Of a stretch of DNA of 64,000 nucleotides, positions 50,921 through 60,626 are shown piece after piece. Position numbers and translations under genes: made by a program. The notes under the pieces are model-generated. The model searched no databases. It had not been told where the DNA came from and saw only the letters and a list, made by a program, of their open reading frames with translations. The number at the start of each line of letters is the position of its first letter. The stretch's first letter is position 1. The DNA comes from Candidatus Poseidoniaceae archaeon (GTDB lineage Archaea; Thermoplasmatota; Poseidoniia; Poseidoniales; Poseidoniaceae): positions 9,940 to 73,939 of the forward strand of contig CAXPMI010000031.1 of assembly GCA_964218365.1 (NCBI GenBank). The letters are read 5' to 3'.

Positions 50921-53900
50921 TCAGAATCGTCCAGAAGACCCTCTGCGTGCAGTCTTGTATCCACCGTACATTACCAATCCAGTTAGAAGGATAATTACTA
51001 CAACCAACCAATCAGACTCACCATCTTCATCTGCTATGTTCGAGAACTTGATGGTGATGATTGCCGATTCATCACTGTCATCGTGTGTTGGTGTTCCAAT
51101 TACATCCAAAGTAACCTTCAATCTAGCGTCACCTGGTGGCAGGTCAGAGTAATCGAATGATGCATATGCAACACCATTTGCTGGAACTGTGATAGTTACT
51201 TGCTGTTGTGGATACACAGTGTTACCAAGTTCGTCTGCCGCTAAGTAAACGATTACATCACCCGCTGTAAGGAATCCATCGTTCCTGATTGGAATGATGA
51301 ACTGTCCATCAGCGTTTGCCTTAGCATCAGCATTTCTTGGTTCTACTCCACCTTCATCAATCACTAATTTAGCCACAGAGATAATTGCGGTTGTCGACTG
51401 AGATTGCTCAGCGAAGTCGCCTTCGCTATTTGCAGTGAATGAAACCGGGCATTCATCTTCAGCTGCTGCATCTGCAGGTGCATAAATTGTGAATGATTGG
51501 CTTCTCTCACTGCTTGCTGCCACAGTTACATTAGAAATTGGTGGTGCGACAGTCCATCCTTCACAAGAGAGTCCAGATTCAACTGTAACGGTATCATCAC
51601 CGTTACCGTTGTTAACGATTCTTAGGGTTACGATTGTTTCATCCCCGACTCCAACACCGATTGATTCAGGTGCATCGACCAATGAGATGTTGTACTGCTG
51701 TGGAATGAATACTCTTGCACTTGCTTCGCTCGCTCCAGCGTCTGCAGTAAATCTCATGTTAACAGCATGTCCGTCATCATAGGTCTGTGATTGATTCTTG
51801 AGTGGTAGAGTTACTCTAACGTCTACTTCAGTGTACAAGAGTTGGTCTGAATCTGAATTGTTCATTCCAATGCCCATTGCTACGTCCATTGCTTCGGTCC
51901 AATCGCCTGTTGAGTTCTTGTACTCAATAGTCCAGAACTCCGCATCCTGTGTTACGCCAGTTGAACCAGATGCAGTGAAAGTATCGGAGATCTCCGTACC
52001 TTCGTATGTAAGGCTCAACTTCATTGTGATTACCTTGTATCCATTACCGTCTTCCTTAGCAGTTAGGTCTGTTAGGTCAGATGGGTCAAAGTCTGCTGTT
52101 TCTGCATCAACCGAGATGATCTCAACAACAAGGTCTGAGTTAACACGGCGAGTGAACTCTAACAAGCGGTCCTCAGCAGTGTCTTGTATTACTTCCACAG
52201 TTAATCCTGCGTTGTACTCCATTGCTAGGTTTAGGTCGTGCTGAATTGATTCGAATTCACTGTCAAATGAAACACTACCTGCAGGTAGAATCATCTCGAT
52301 TTCACCATTTGAATCGAATGGAACTTCCCATGCAACTCCATCTCCAAGGTCTATTTCGACGTCAACTCCCTCTGAAACATCTCCTGCGTGGAATTCAACG
52401 CTATCGATTGTTAGCCATGTTGTAGAGATGGATATCAATCCACCTTTCTCCATTACTAGGTCAAGAGTTGCTCCTTCTTGAACTGAGGCCTCTAGCAATC
52501 CAATTGCTATTCCGCCACCGTTTTCATCAACATCGGTTCCTTCAACCACAACAATCCAGTTGCCCGGTTCGATGCTTGCATTCCATGATAATACGTCATT
52601 ATCAAACACTACATCCTGAATAACGATAGCATCACGGACAATTCCGCTAGCAGGGTAAAGGGTAATTGTGGCTCCATCTAATCTGGTAGTCGCACCCAAA
52701 ATGTCAGTTACATTTCCTGATACTTCTACAAGTCCTGCGCTCATTTCGAAATCACGACTTTCGTGTGTGTCGTTGACAACGTAGAAGCTTGTGTTTCCAT
52801 CTTCGTAGGTCACAGAATCAAATCCAGCCTTCTCGGCAACTACTGTGTAGTTTTCACGGATTGGAACGAATAGTTTCCATGTACCATCTTCATCGGTTGT
52901 TAAATTTTCAGAGAATCCACTCTCGGAACTGATTGAAACATTGACAGAATCTATTCCTTCACCAGAGTTAGGGATATCATCCTCATTTAGATCCCAGAAG
53001 ATTTTTCCACCAACAAGAACATGCTTGTCAACATATACAGCACCTACATCCCATGTGTTACCGACTACTGTATCGGCTGAGTTGTAGATTCCAACATCTA
53101 GAGACCACATCTCAAGGGTATCTGTTCTGTTAAGCATCAAAGTCCAGTTGCCTGGCATCAGAACTTCGTTGATGATTCCTTCATTGTCAGAAGGACCTAG
53201 GCTTACATTACCTAGTCCATCAAGGCTTACAGCGGTGATCCTTGTAGCGGTGATGTTTGAATCTGTTAGTGATTCTTTCAATTGCATTGTAACGTTCAAT
53301 GCTGTCTTGGTCTTCCAATTCAAATCGGTAACTGCTCCATCGAGAATAAGGACATCTCTGAAGATTTCAGTCTCATTGCTGTCGGCTATGTAGTCTGAAA
53401 CTTCTACAAACCATTCGCCTGCGGCAATGTATTCTGCAAACGTACCATTCTCATCGGTTGCAAGTGGATAGAAGTCATCACCTGCTTCGTTTCTCAACCA
53501 AACTGTTGAATTCTCAAGTGGGAATCCACTTTCCATTAGTACGGTACCTGCAACAAGATATTCAGGTGTTATCGCTATGTCAACAGGGTCTTCTATTGTA
53601 TCTAGTCCAATGTCAATTGAAGGAAGACCTGGTGCAAACTTCCTGAAGTCGCTTGCGTTTTCGTCTCTTGGGTCATCATCCATCATGGTGATGATGTAAT
53701 TACCAACAGACAACTCGACTGTAAGTTCACCAGTGTTTGCATCGTACATGTCTTCAGTAACTGTGACATCAATACCGAACTCATTGATCGATGTGATATT
53801 GAATGTAGGTGAAACTGCGGTACCGTTTTCCCATGCAAGGTCGTCATTTGTATCCAAGAATATCCTCAAAGTAAGAGAAACATTAGCCGGTGCTGCTACA

Positions 53901-56900
53901 ACTTCTACTCTGTTAGTATCGTTCTCAGTTGAAACAGATACTGGTTGAACGTTCATGTCAGAGTTGGATGCGGAAATTGTGTATGTTCCGTTTGCAAGGT
54001 ACATCAAGAAATTTCCAGCATCGTCAATCTCATCTCTCCACTCAAGTCCATTTTCGTCAGTTGCAATGATTTCTGCACCACTTGCTCCTGTGATTCCATC
54101 GCCCCAAGTAATTCCGCTTCCATTTACCGGAGAATCTCTCAGCCAAACAGTTCCTTGTAGGGCATTAGACTCTTCTAGGATTAGGTCTCTATCAACATCA
54201 TCCGATGCATCTGTAACCAGCATACCTGCTGTCAAGACATTGCTTGTTAATCCAGCAAAGCTTTGCACATTGATGTGGAACTCAACACCTGCTGGCATTC
54301 TTATGGAATATGTTCCGTTTTGTGAGTCAGTGGTAGTCGCAAGTATGATATTACCAGAGCGTGCTTCAACATTCACGTTGGTCGCAGGTTGTCTCATCTC
54401 CATCGGGATATCTGAGGCGTTGTTATACTGAGGATCTTGCAATAGATCGTTTAGACCTGGTATAGCCCAAACCGTTCCATTAACCCATGCGCTTACCGCA
54501 TAAGTCAAATCCAATTCAACATCGTCTTCACCAACTTCAACTTCATGCCATAAAACGAAGTTCTCATCGGTTTCATCTGAAATGACCCAGTCGCCCATGA
54601 ATATCTCTGCATGAACGAAACCGGTTTCATCCGATTGTGCGGTCAAAGTGATATCGTTGAGGTCTGTTCCTAGGGAACTAGAGAAAGTCAATGTTCTGTT
54701 AGCCAAGTCTATACCAGACCCACCGTCATTTAGTTGAATTGTTACATCACGCATTGTAGGAACAGATACTGCTAGAGTGACATTCTGTGAATCAAGACCT
54801 ACGCTGAAATTGTATTCGACTTCATACCAGTCATCATCGTCAATATCCACTCTCCACTGATAGTCACCAGTAGCAAGAGGCCCATAACTGAAGTTACCGT
54901 TTTCATCTGTTTCAATCAGTACCGGTTCTGAACCTTCTTCCAATCCAAAGTCAACTAGTTCGATAGTCTCATTCGGAAGTGGTGTTGGGTCGCCATTTGT
55001 GAAGTAATCAGCAAACAGTGTATCTTCGAAAATTGAACCTGGCATCTTCATCTCCAAGTCAGTAGTAGGTTCAACTCCTACCTCGACTGGGTCAGGGAGA
55101 AGTATTTCTCTACCGTTTTCCATTACTGCAATCATGTTGTAAGTTCCCGGCATTAATCCAGTCTTGTAGAATGAACCTGGCGCCACCATTGGCCCAGAGA
55201 AGGTTCCCTCACCAATGAATAGACCTGTACCATTAACGCTTCCAATTCCTTCGTAAACGCCAGTACCTTCGAATGTCTCACCATCAAGGAACTTGACAAC
55301 GATTACTTCTCCATCAGCGGTCATTCTACCGTTTGCATCAACTGTGCCCTCGAATAGGTAAGTGTCTGCTTCGGAGGTTAAACAAGCGATGTGGGTTGAG
55401 TTAATTGTTTCACCATCTACTGTTTCTTCGAATGTAGGTAGTGATTCGATTGTTTCGTCACCCACAGTCTCTTCTACACATGCAGGAGCGTCATAATCAA
55501 TCCATTCTGCGACAATTGAACCTGCCCCAGTAAATGTTGCGTTAGCTGTGTATGAGCGGCCATCTAAGACATTGCGAGTGTAATTTCCAGTAAATCCGTA
55601 AACAATTCCAGTGTTTCCTTGAGTATCGAAAGTTCCGTTTTCAGTGAACATGACTTCACCAGTTCCTTGAATAATTCTTGTATCACCTTCGTCGGTTGTG
55701 AAAGAACCACTTGTTGTTGAGACAGAGTAATTGCTGGCCATACCCCAAACGTTGCGTAGGATAAAGTCCATTCCGTCTAGAGCATCACCTTCGAAAGACT
55801 CGTGTCCTGTCCATGTAACTGTACCAGAGACTCCACTTGAATCGACTGCAATGTCAAAGTCTGTGTCGATAGAAGTACCAAACTCTTGGTCAGCTTGTGC
55901 TCCTGTGATGTTTTGTGTCACCTCACCCATCCAGGACATGTTTGCGACCTTACCTAGAAGAGCAGTGATCAAGTTGGTTTCACGGTTATCGTTCGTGTTA
56001 ACAGTCAAGTCGCCCAAACCAGCAGCGTATTCGCCAGTCTGGATTGTATCCTTAGCCTCTGCATCGTCAAATACACCTGCATATGCTGAAACTCTAATCT
56101 TTCCAGCAGGTACGGTGTAAGACCATTCGCCGTTTTCATCAGCATCTGTGTAACCGATTGGAACCCAGTATGTATCTTCGTCAAGGTCAGTTTCATCTTC
56201 ACCGGAGAATGCATCTCTCTCGATTAGAATTCTGACATTTGGAAGAGGTGTGCCATCATCTGACATACTTACTGTACCTCCGACTTCAACACCAGGGTAG
56301 TACTTCAGAATCTTGACTAGTGTGTTTGCAGCACCCAACATGTCGTCTGGGTTTTCTGCATTGTACCAGTTTGCAATCACAAAGTGGTTCATCATTGCAC
56401 CCGGTAGTGGAACTGCGTTAGTCATTATCGAATTAGGAGTACCAGACTGACCGAAGTGTTGCCCTGGTTGCTCTGTTGTAGCGAATCCAAGAGTGGATGC
56501 TCCATATCCTACGTATGCACGCGCGAGCATTGTTTCGAAGAACGCAGGGGTGTGGTCGATCCTAATGTCAACTAGGCTTAACGGGTCGAATGTTGCCCCA
56601 GACTGTTGGTTGAGAACGTCCTTTCTCATTTCTTCATCGAATTCTTCTCTTGTCATTTCATCATTGAACTGTCCACGAGTAGTCATGTAAACTTCATCCA
56701 TGAAGGTGTCGAAATCTTGGCCTGAAAGAATTGTTGGTGCTCCGAAAATTCCAGTTGGGCTACCACCGCTGTATTCAGAACTGTACAATCCTGCCCTCGG
56801 ATACAGTCTGTTATCAATAGCAAAGTACCTGATTTCGTGGTTTCTAGTGATTGTTTCACCTGGTGCACCTTCGTAATCTTGGACAGTATATACTGCGTTG

Positions 56901-59900
56901 TTCGATAAGTCGGTGTATAGTGCATGGATTTCTTCGCTGTCCAATGCAGAAGTTAGCATCTGCGTGACTAGAGCAATTCCAGCGTTCTTGCGGTGAATAT
57001 TTGTGCTAACAGAGTCATATTCCTCTACCAAATCAGAGGTATACCAATAGTCCCCGAAGATGTAGTGAGTTGTATTTGACTCTGTATCTGAAGCCGCACG
57101 AATATTGTTGTTGAATACTGGTTGTGCTTCACCCTCGTTTGCGAAAGCGAAGTCACCTACACAATCTGCAGAGGTAGGACAAGGTATAGCTTCTCCATCT
57201 TCGAATACCATGTAGTATGTGTTGACATCCTTTCCAAATACACCATCTTCAATCAGTCTACCTTCAGCCATTACGACATCGCCGTTAACCTGTGTGACCT
57301 TGAACGAACGGTCTACGACACCATCTGCATCCATGTTTGTCTGGATTGTGACAAATTCAGATTTCTGCTCGTCGGTCAAATGGTTGGAAAGTGTGTTCAG
57401 GAATGAAGATGTGTGAGCACTTTCTCCTGTTCTTGCATCATTGTAAGCAAGGTCAGCACTTGACAATCTCCAGATGAACATAGCAACTAGGTCATCTTGG
57501 CTTCTTGCAAGTAGCATGTTACCTGACGCAGGTATACCTGACTGGAAGTTATCAGAAACGGATGGGTGGTCACCGGTTTCTAGAGCTTGGAAACCATAAT
57601 CCCACCAAGATACAAACGCTGGTCGGTCAGAATATGATTGGTCTGTGTCTTGCTTTGCAAGCCAGTCGTATGCCAAGTTCCATCCACGATCGTTGTAACC
57701 TGAACCAAATGATCCAAGGTACCAGCGAGAATTCTCGTCATATACACTATCATCCAAGATTGAGAAACCAAAGTCATTCCATCTCAGGATATCAGGAGCG
57801 ATATTGAAAATTGTCTCATCCATTTCTGCCTCATGCCTGGAAGAACCTGGCATAGCAGCGTCGATACCGTATGTTGCATGCTGTCCAATCAGCATGATTA
57901 GAACCAGACCGATTGCACTGAATTGTGGTGTTCTCCAAACTGCCTTTCTAGCATTGGAAATTCTTTCACCAGGTGTCCTGATTCCCATGCGCCTCCAAGA
58001 GCGTGCCATGTTACTAGCGCCGCTTGCTCCCCAGAGTGTCACAATTCCCCAAGCACCCATAATAGCCATTGCAGGTGCAGCGTTGAACAGGAATCTTCCT
58101 GCGGACCATGCCATGTATGCTGCGACGATGACCCACATTCCTAGAACGAGTTTTGTCTGGCTCTTCTTTACTATTCCATCCCACAGAGCAATAATTCCCA
58201 TAACGATAGCTAGTACGAAGACAATCGGTCCAAAGGAGGCGAAGAGTTGACCTCTACTAGGGGCGCTCGCTTCAGCAATTGTTCCGAAAATCTTGTTCTT
58301 AGTGAAGTATCCAGAACCAGTTGTCAATATATTCCAAGCATTGGATTGGTCGGTGATTTGTAGTAGATATAGAACCACTCCAAACACGATACCTCCTGTT
58401 AGGAGAGAACCTAATACTAGCAGCCAAGGCTTGTCTCTAAATCCTGTTGTGATCCATGCGATGGCAACTGTAAACAATGTGATGAACAATAATGGTGTCA
58501 AACCAGTGCTGTTCAAGACAAGGTTGATTTGTGGGTGTGCATAGAATGGCATTACCATCACGTAAATTGTTCCGAGCATCATTATGTTAAGGGCAGACAG
58601 GATTGTGCTGTCCTTTCTTCTGAACATGTTCATTGCAACTTGAATAAAGTAAGCAAGGAATATGATTGCTGGACCGTATACGAATCCTTTCCAACCAAGT
58701 GCTACGATGCTGAAGCATACACCAGCAGCAATTGCATTTGCAGAAGCTTTTCTGCGCTGCTTTAGAACCTCTGCCATAGCCTTGATTATTCCAGACGGAG
58801 ATGCATTTGTGTGCCTTGAAAGTCTTTCATCTCCACCCGCTTTGACTGCACGCAGATAGAACATAAACGCAGCAGTTAGGAAGAGAAGGACGTACGAATC
58901 GTGGTCAGCCATAGCCCATGTTGATTTTTGGACGTGTGTTGGCATGAATGCGATTAACCACGCTGCGATTACTCCTGCACCCTTTCCGAAATGGTCCTTT
59001 GCAATTGCCGCCATTGGGAATACGATTAGTGCACCAAAGATTGCAGGTAGTGCAAGCATTGCATACCATACGGACTCGTCCGAGGACAATCCAAGGTTTG
59101 TAAGCAGCATAGCGCCCATTGCCATTGACCAAGAGAACAATGGCGGTCGAGGATTGATTCCTCCAACCGGGTAGTTTCTGTCTGCATCGAAAATCAAGTG
59201 AGCATTTTCTGCGATAACGTAGTCCACTACTCTCTTCATGTACCATGGGTCAGAACCTCCTGTAAGGTCCCAAGATTCTAGGCCTGCAGAATTCATTGAA
59301 GGTACAAAGTACCATTGAACTCTGATTGCAAGTGCAACAAGGAAAGCCATGAAGGTCATGATTCCTGCCCAGTGGTTAGACCAGAATACCCTGGCTTGGC
59401 TAGGCTCGTGTAGTTCTCTGTTCATCCAACCGCCATAATCTTCGTGTGTTGCGAACCAGTAGATTAGAACACCAATGAAGAAGGTGATACCGAACCAAAT
59501 CCAAACTGCCCAAGTTCCAGACAAATTGTCATTAGACCAGTGTCCGGATTCAAACAGCGAAGAAACGATGTAAAGAGTCCACATTGAACCGATAAAGATC
59601 GCACGGGTGTACCATCGCTCTGCACACATCCATGCACAGGTTAGTGCTACAAGTCCGGTGAAAGCAGCAGGCCAGAAACCAATGTATCCGTGATAGTTTT
59701 CTTCAGACCATATTGCTAGGATGTCAAGGTCACTTAGAGTGTTGAAGTAGTACATGATAGCAATGTGGGTTGCTGCCCATACTGCAAGAGCGACCTGAAG
59801 CGGAAGCGTTGCGTTATTCCATCCACCATCGTGTGGCTTGATGTATCCAAACCATCCCTTGTCAGTGGCTGGTGTTAGAACACCGCGTAGCAGTACCGCT

Positions 59901-60460
59901 GCCAGTAATCCAAGGATGACGAAGATTGCCAGAGTGTTGAAGAACACGAATCCAATTGCTTCTTGCCAAGCGGCAGTTCTGATGTACTCCTGTCCATCAA
60001 GGGTGAACAACTTGGTTTGGTTGTCAGCGAAGTTTCCGGCTGCAATCATTGCAGCCCAAAGTCCTGTGAAAGAGAATACAAGGACAGTGTTCCACTCATG
60101 ACGTCCGTTGGAATCAAGTAAATATCCGCCAAACATCACAATGAAGAAAATCAAACCTAGGAAGTTTGAATCAGTGAACATAGCCACTCCTTCTGCCAGA
60201 ATCAGTGATACAACAAGGGTGACGAGGGAAAGTGCTGCGCCTTGTTGAATGATGTTGCTTTCTTTTATGACACGAGGTGCCATTCCGAGAACCGCTGCAA
60301 TTGCAACTGCAGCAAATGGTTCCATTCCTTCTACATCAAGGACTAGACCAAAGTCTAGACCAAAGTCAGCCAATATTGCAACCAAAATTGCTAGGGGCGC
60401 AATAAGCATCCCGAGCATTGGATTGGTTGCTCCAATTTTTTCGTCGTTTTGTGTCGACAT
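50921..60460 (-). CDS. aglB: Giant oligosaccharyltransferase (STT3/AglB family, 3179 aa). It has a roughly 360-aa N-terminal extra polytopic membrane domain (about 10 TM), the STT3 core, and a roughly 2200-aa extracellular array of beta-sandwich (Ig/CarboxypepD_reg-like) domains ending in a C-terminal TM anchor.
   Basis: WWDYG motif (SWWDYGFQALE). TIXE-type EL5 motif (GTIAEASAPS). EL1 acidic motifs SDPWYMKR and FDADRNYPVG. About 23 TM helices before WWDYG. Long acidic/Thr-rich repeats follow. C-terminus WLVVVIILLTGLVMYGGYKTARR. Confidence 0.8.
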   Translation of the reverse strand: MSTQNDEKIGATNPMLGMLIAPLAILVAILADFGLDFGLVLDVEGMEPFAAVAIAAVLGMAPRVIKESNIIQQGAALSLVTLVVSLILAEGVAMFTDSNFLGLIFFIVMFGGYLLDSNGRHEWNTVLVFSFTGLWAAMIAAGNFADNQTKLFTLDGQEYIRTAAWQEAIGFVFFNTLAIFVILGLLAAVLLRGVLTPATDKGWFGYIKPHDGGWNNATLPLQVALAVWAATHIAIMYYFNTLSDLDILAIWSEENYHGYIGFWPAAFTGLVALTCAWMCAERWYTRAIFIGSMWTLYIVSSLFESGHWSNDNLSGTWAVWIWFGITFFIGVLIYWFATHEDYGGWMNRELHEPSQARVFWSNHWAGIMTFMAFLVALAIRVQWYFVPSMNSAGLESWDLTGGSDPWYMKRVVDYVIAENAHLIFDADRNYPVGGINPRPPLFSWSMAMGAMLLTNLGLSSDESVWYAMLALPAIFGALIVFPMAAIAKDHFGKGAGVIAAWLIAFMPTHVQKSTWAMADHDSYVLLFLTAAFMFYLRAVKAGGDERLSRHTNASPSGIIKAMAEVLKQRRKASANAIAAGVCFSIVALGWKGFVYGPAIIFLAYFIQVAMNMFRRKDSTILSALNIMMLGTIYVMVMPFYAHPQINLVLNSTGLTPLLFITLFTVAIAWITTGFRDKPWLLVLGSLLTGGIVFGVVLYLLQITDQSNAWNILTTGSGYFTKNKIFGTIAEASAPSRGQLFASFGPIVFVLAIVMGIIALWDGIVKKSQTKLVLGMWVIVAAYMAWSAGRFLFNAAPAMAIMGAWGIVTLWGASGASNMARSWRRMGIRTPGERISNARKAVWRTPQFSAIGLVLIMLIGQHATYGIDAAMPGSSRHEAEMDETIFNIAPDILRWNDFGFSILDDSVYDENSRWYLGSFGSGYNDRGWNLAYDWLAKQDTDQSYSDRPAFVSWWDYGFQALETGDHPSVSDNFQSGIPASGNMLLARSQDDLVAMFIWRLSSADLAYNDARTGESAHTSSFLNTLSNHLTDEQKSEFVTIQTNMDADGVVDRSFKVTQVNGDVVMAEGRLIEDGVFGKDVNTYYMVFEDGEAIPCPTSADCVGDFAFANEGEAQPVFNNNIRAASDTESNTTHYIFGDYWYTSDLVEEYDSVSTNIHRKNAGIALVTQMLTSALDSEEIHALYTDLSNNAVYTVQDYEGAPGETITRNHEIRYFAIDNRLYPRAGLYSSEYSGGSPTGIFGAPTILSGQDFDTFMDEVYMTTRGQFNDEMTREEFDEEMRKDVLNQQSGATFDPLSLVDIRIDHTPAFFETMLARAYVGYGASTLGFATTEQPGQHFGQSGTPNSIMTNAVPLPGAMMNHFVIANWYNAENPDDMLGAANTLVKILKYYPGVEVGGTVSMSDDGTPLPNVRILIERDAFSGEDETDLDEDTYWVPIGYTDADENGEWSYTVPAGKIRVSAYAGVFDDAEAKDTIQTGEYAAGLGDLTVNTNDNRETNLITALLGKVANMSWMGEVTQNITGAQADQEFGTSIDTDFDIAVDSSGVSGTVTWTGHESFEGDALDGMDFILRNVWGMASNYSVSTTSGSFTTDEGDTRIIQGTGEVMFTENGTFDTQGNTGIVYGFTGNYTRNVLDGRSYTANATFTGAGSIVAEWIDYDAPACVEETVGDETIESLPTFEETVDGETINSTHIACLTSEADTYLFEGTVDANGRMTADGEVIVVKFLDGETFEGTGVYEGIGSVNGTGLFIGEGTFSGPMVAPGSFYKTGLMPGTYNMIAVMENGREILLPDPVEVGVEPTTDLEMKMPGSIFEDTLFADYFTNGDPTPLPNETIELVDFGLEEGSEPVLIETDENGNFSYGPLATGDYQWRVDIDDDDWYEVEYNFSVGLDSQNVTLAVSVPTMRDVTIQLNDGGSGIDLANRTLTFSSSLGTDLNDITLTAQSDETGFVHAEIFMGDWVISDETDENFVLWHEVEVGEDDVELDLTYAVSAWVNGTVWAIPGLNDLLQDPQYNNASDIPMEMRQPATNVNVEARSGNIILATTTDSQNGTYSIRMPAGVEFHINVQSFAGLTSNVLTAGMLVTDASDDVDRDLILEESNALQGTVWLRDSPVNGSGITWGDGITGASGAEIIATDENGLEWRDEIDDAGNFLMYLANGTYTISASNSDMNVQPVSVSTENDTNRVEVVAAPANVSLTLRIFLDTNDDLAWENGTAVSPTFNITSINEFGIDVTVTEDMYDANTGELTVELSVGNYIITMMDDDPRDENASDFRKFAPGLPSIDIGLDTIEDPVDIAITPEYLVAGTVLMESGFPLENSTVWLRNEAGDDFYPLATDENGTFAEYIAAGEWFVEVSDYIADSNETEIFRDVLILDGAVTDLNWKTKTALNVTMQLKESLTDSNITATRITAVSLDGLGNVSLGPSDNEGIINEVLMPGNWTLMLNRTDTLEMWSLDVGIYNSADTVVGNTWDVGAVYVDKHVLVGGKIFWDLNEDDIPNSGEGIDSVNVSISSESGFSENLTTDEDGTWKLFVPIRENYTVVAEKAGFDSVTYEDGNTSFYVVNDTHESRDFEMSAGLVEVSGNVTDILGATTRLDGATITLYPASGIVRDAIVIQDVVFDNDVLSWNASIEPGNWIVVVEGTDVDENGGGIAIGLLEASVQEGATLDLVMEKGGLISISTTWLTIDSVEFHAGDVSEGVDVEIDLGDGVAWEVPFDSNGEIEMILPAGSVSFDSEFESIQHDLNLAMEYNAGLTVEVIQDTAEDRLLEFTRRVNSDLVVEIISVDAETADFDPSDLTDLTAKEDGNGYKVITMKLSLTYEGTEISDTFTASGSTGVTQDAEFWTIEYKNSTGDWTEAMDVAMGIGMNNSDSDQLLYTEVDVRVTLPLKNQSQTYDDGHAVNMRFTADAGASEASARVFIPQQYNISLVDAPESIGVGVGDETIVTLRIVNNGNGDDTVTVESGLSCEGWTVAPPISNVTVAASSERSQSFTIYAPADAAAEDECPVSFTANSEGDFAEQSQSTTAIISVAKLVIDEGGVEPRNADAKANADGQFIIPIRNDGFLTAGDVIVYLAADELGNTVYPQQQVTITVPANGVAYASFDYSDLPPGDARLKVTLDVIGTPTHDDSDESAIITIKFSNIADEDGESDWLVVVIILLTGLVMYGGYKTARRGSSGRF

Positions 60461-60610
60461 TGTGTTTCCCTCTAGTTTTCTAGGTGCAGCCTAAAGGCTG
60501 TAGCATTGCGGCCACAAATGACCCCTTTTTATGCGTTACCTATTACCAATAAATTTGGATATATTCACACATATTGTAAAACGGACTGCTGCAAGGCATT
60601 TTCTGTTCAA

Positions 60611-60626
60611 ATGCCTATAGGGCTCT
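60611..60626 (-). terminator. Degenerate copy (ATGCCTATAGGGCTCT) of the GAGCCCTATAGGGCTC palindrome at the purD stop.
   Basis: One-base deletion relative to the 424-439 palindrome, at the same position relative to a stop codon. Confidence 0.3.

Noticed and set aside
51489-59174. Numerous 60-160-aa ORFs on the plus strand opposite the giant AglB gene.
   Set aside because: Same reasoning: the 9.5-kb sense ORF carries STT3 motifs and these have no independent support.
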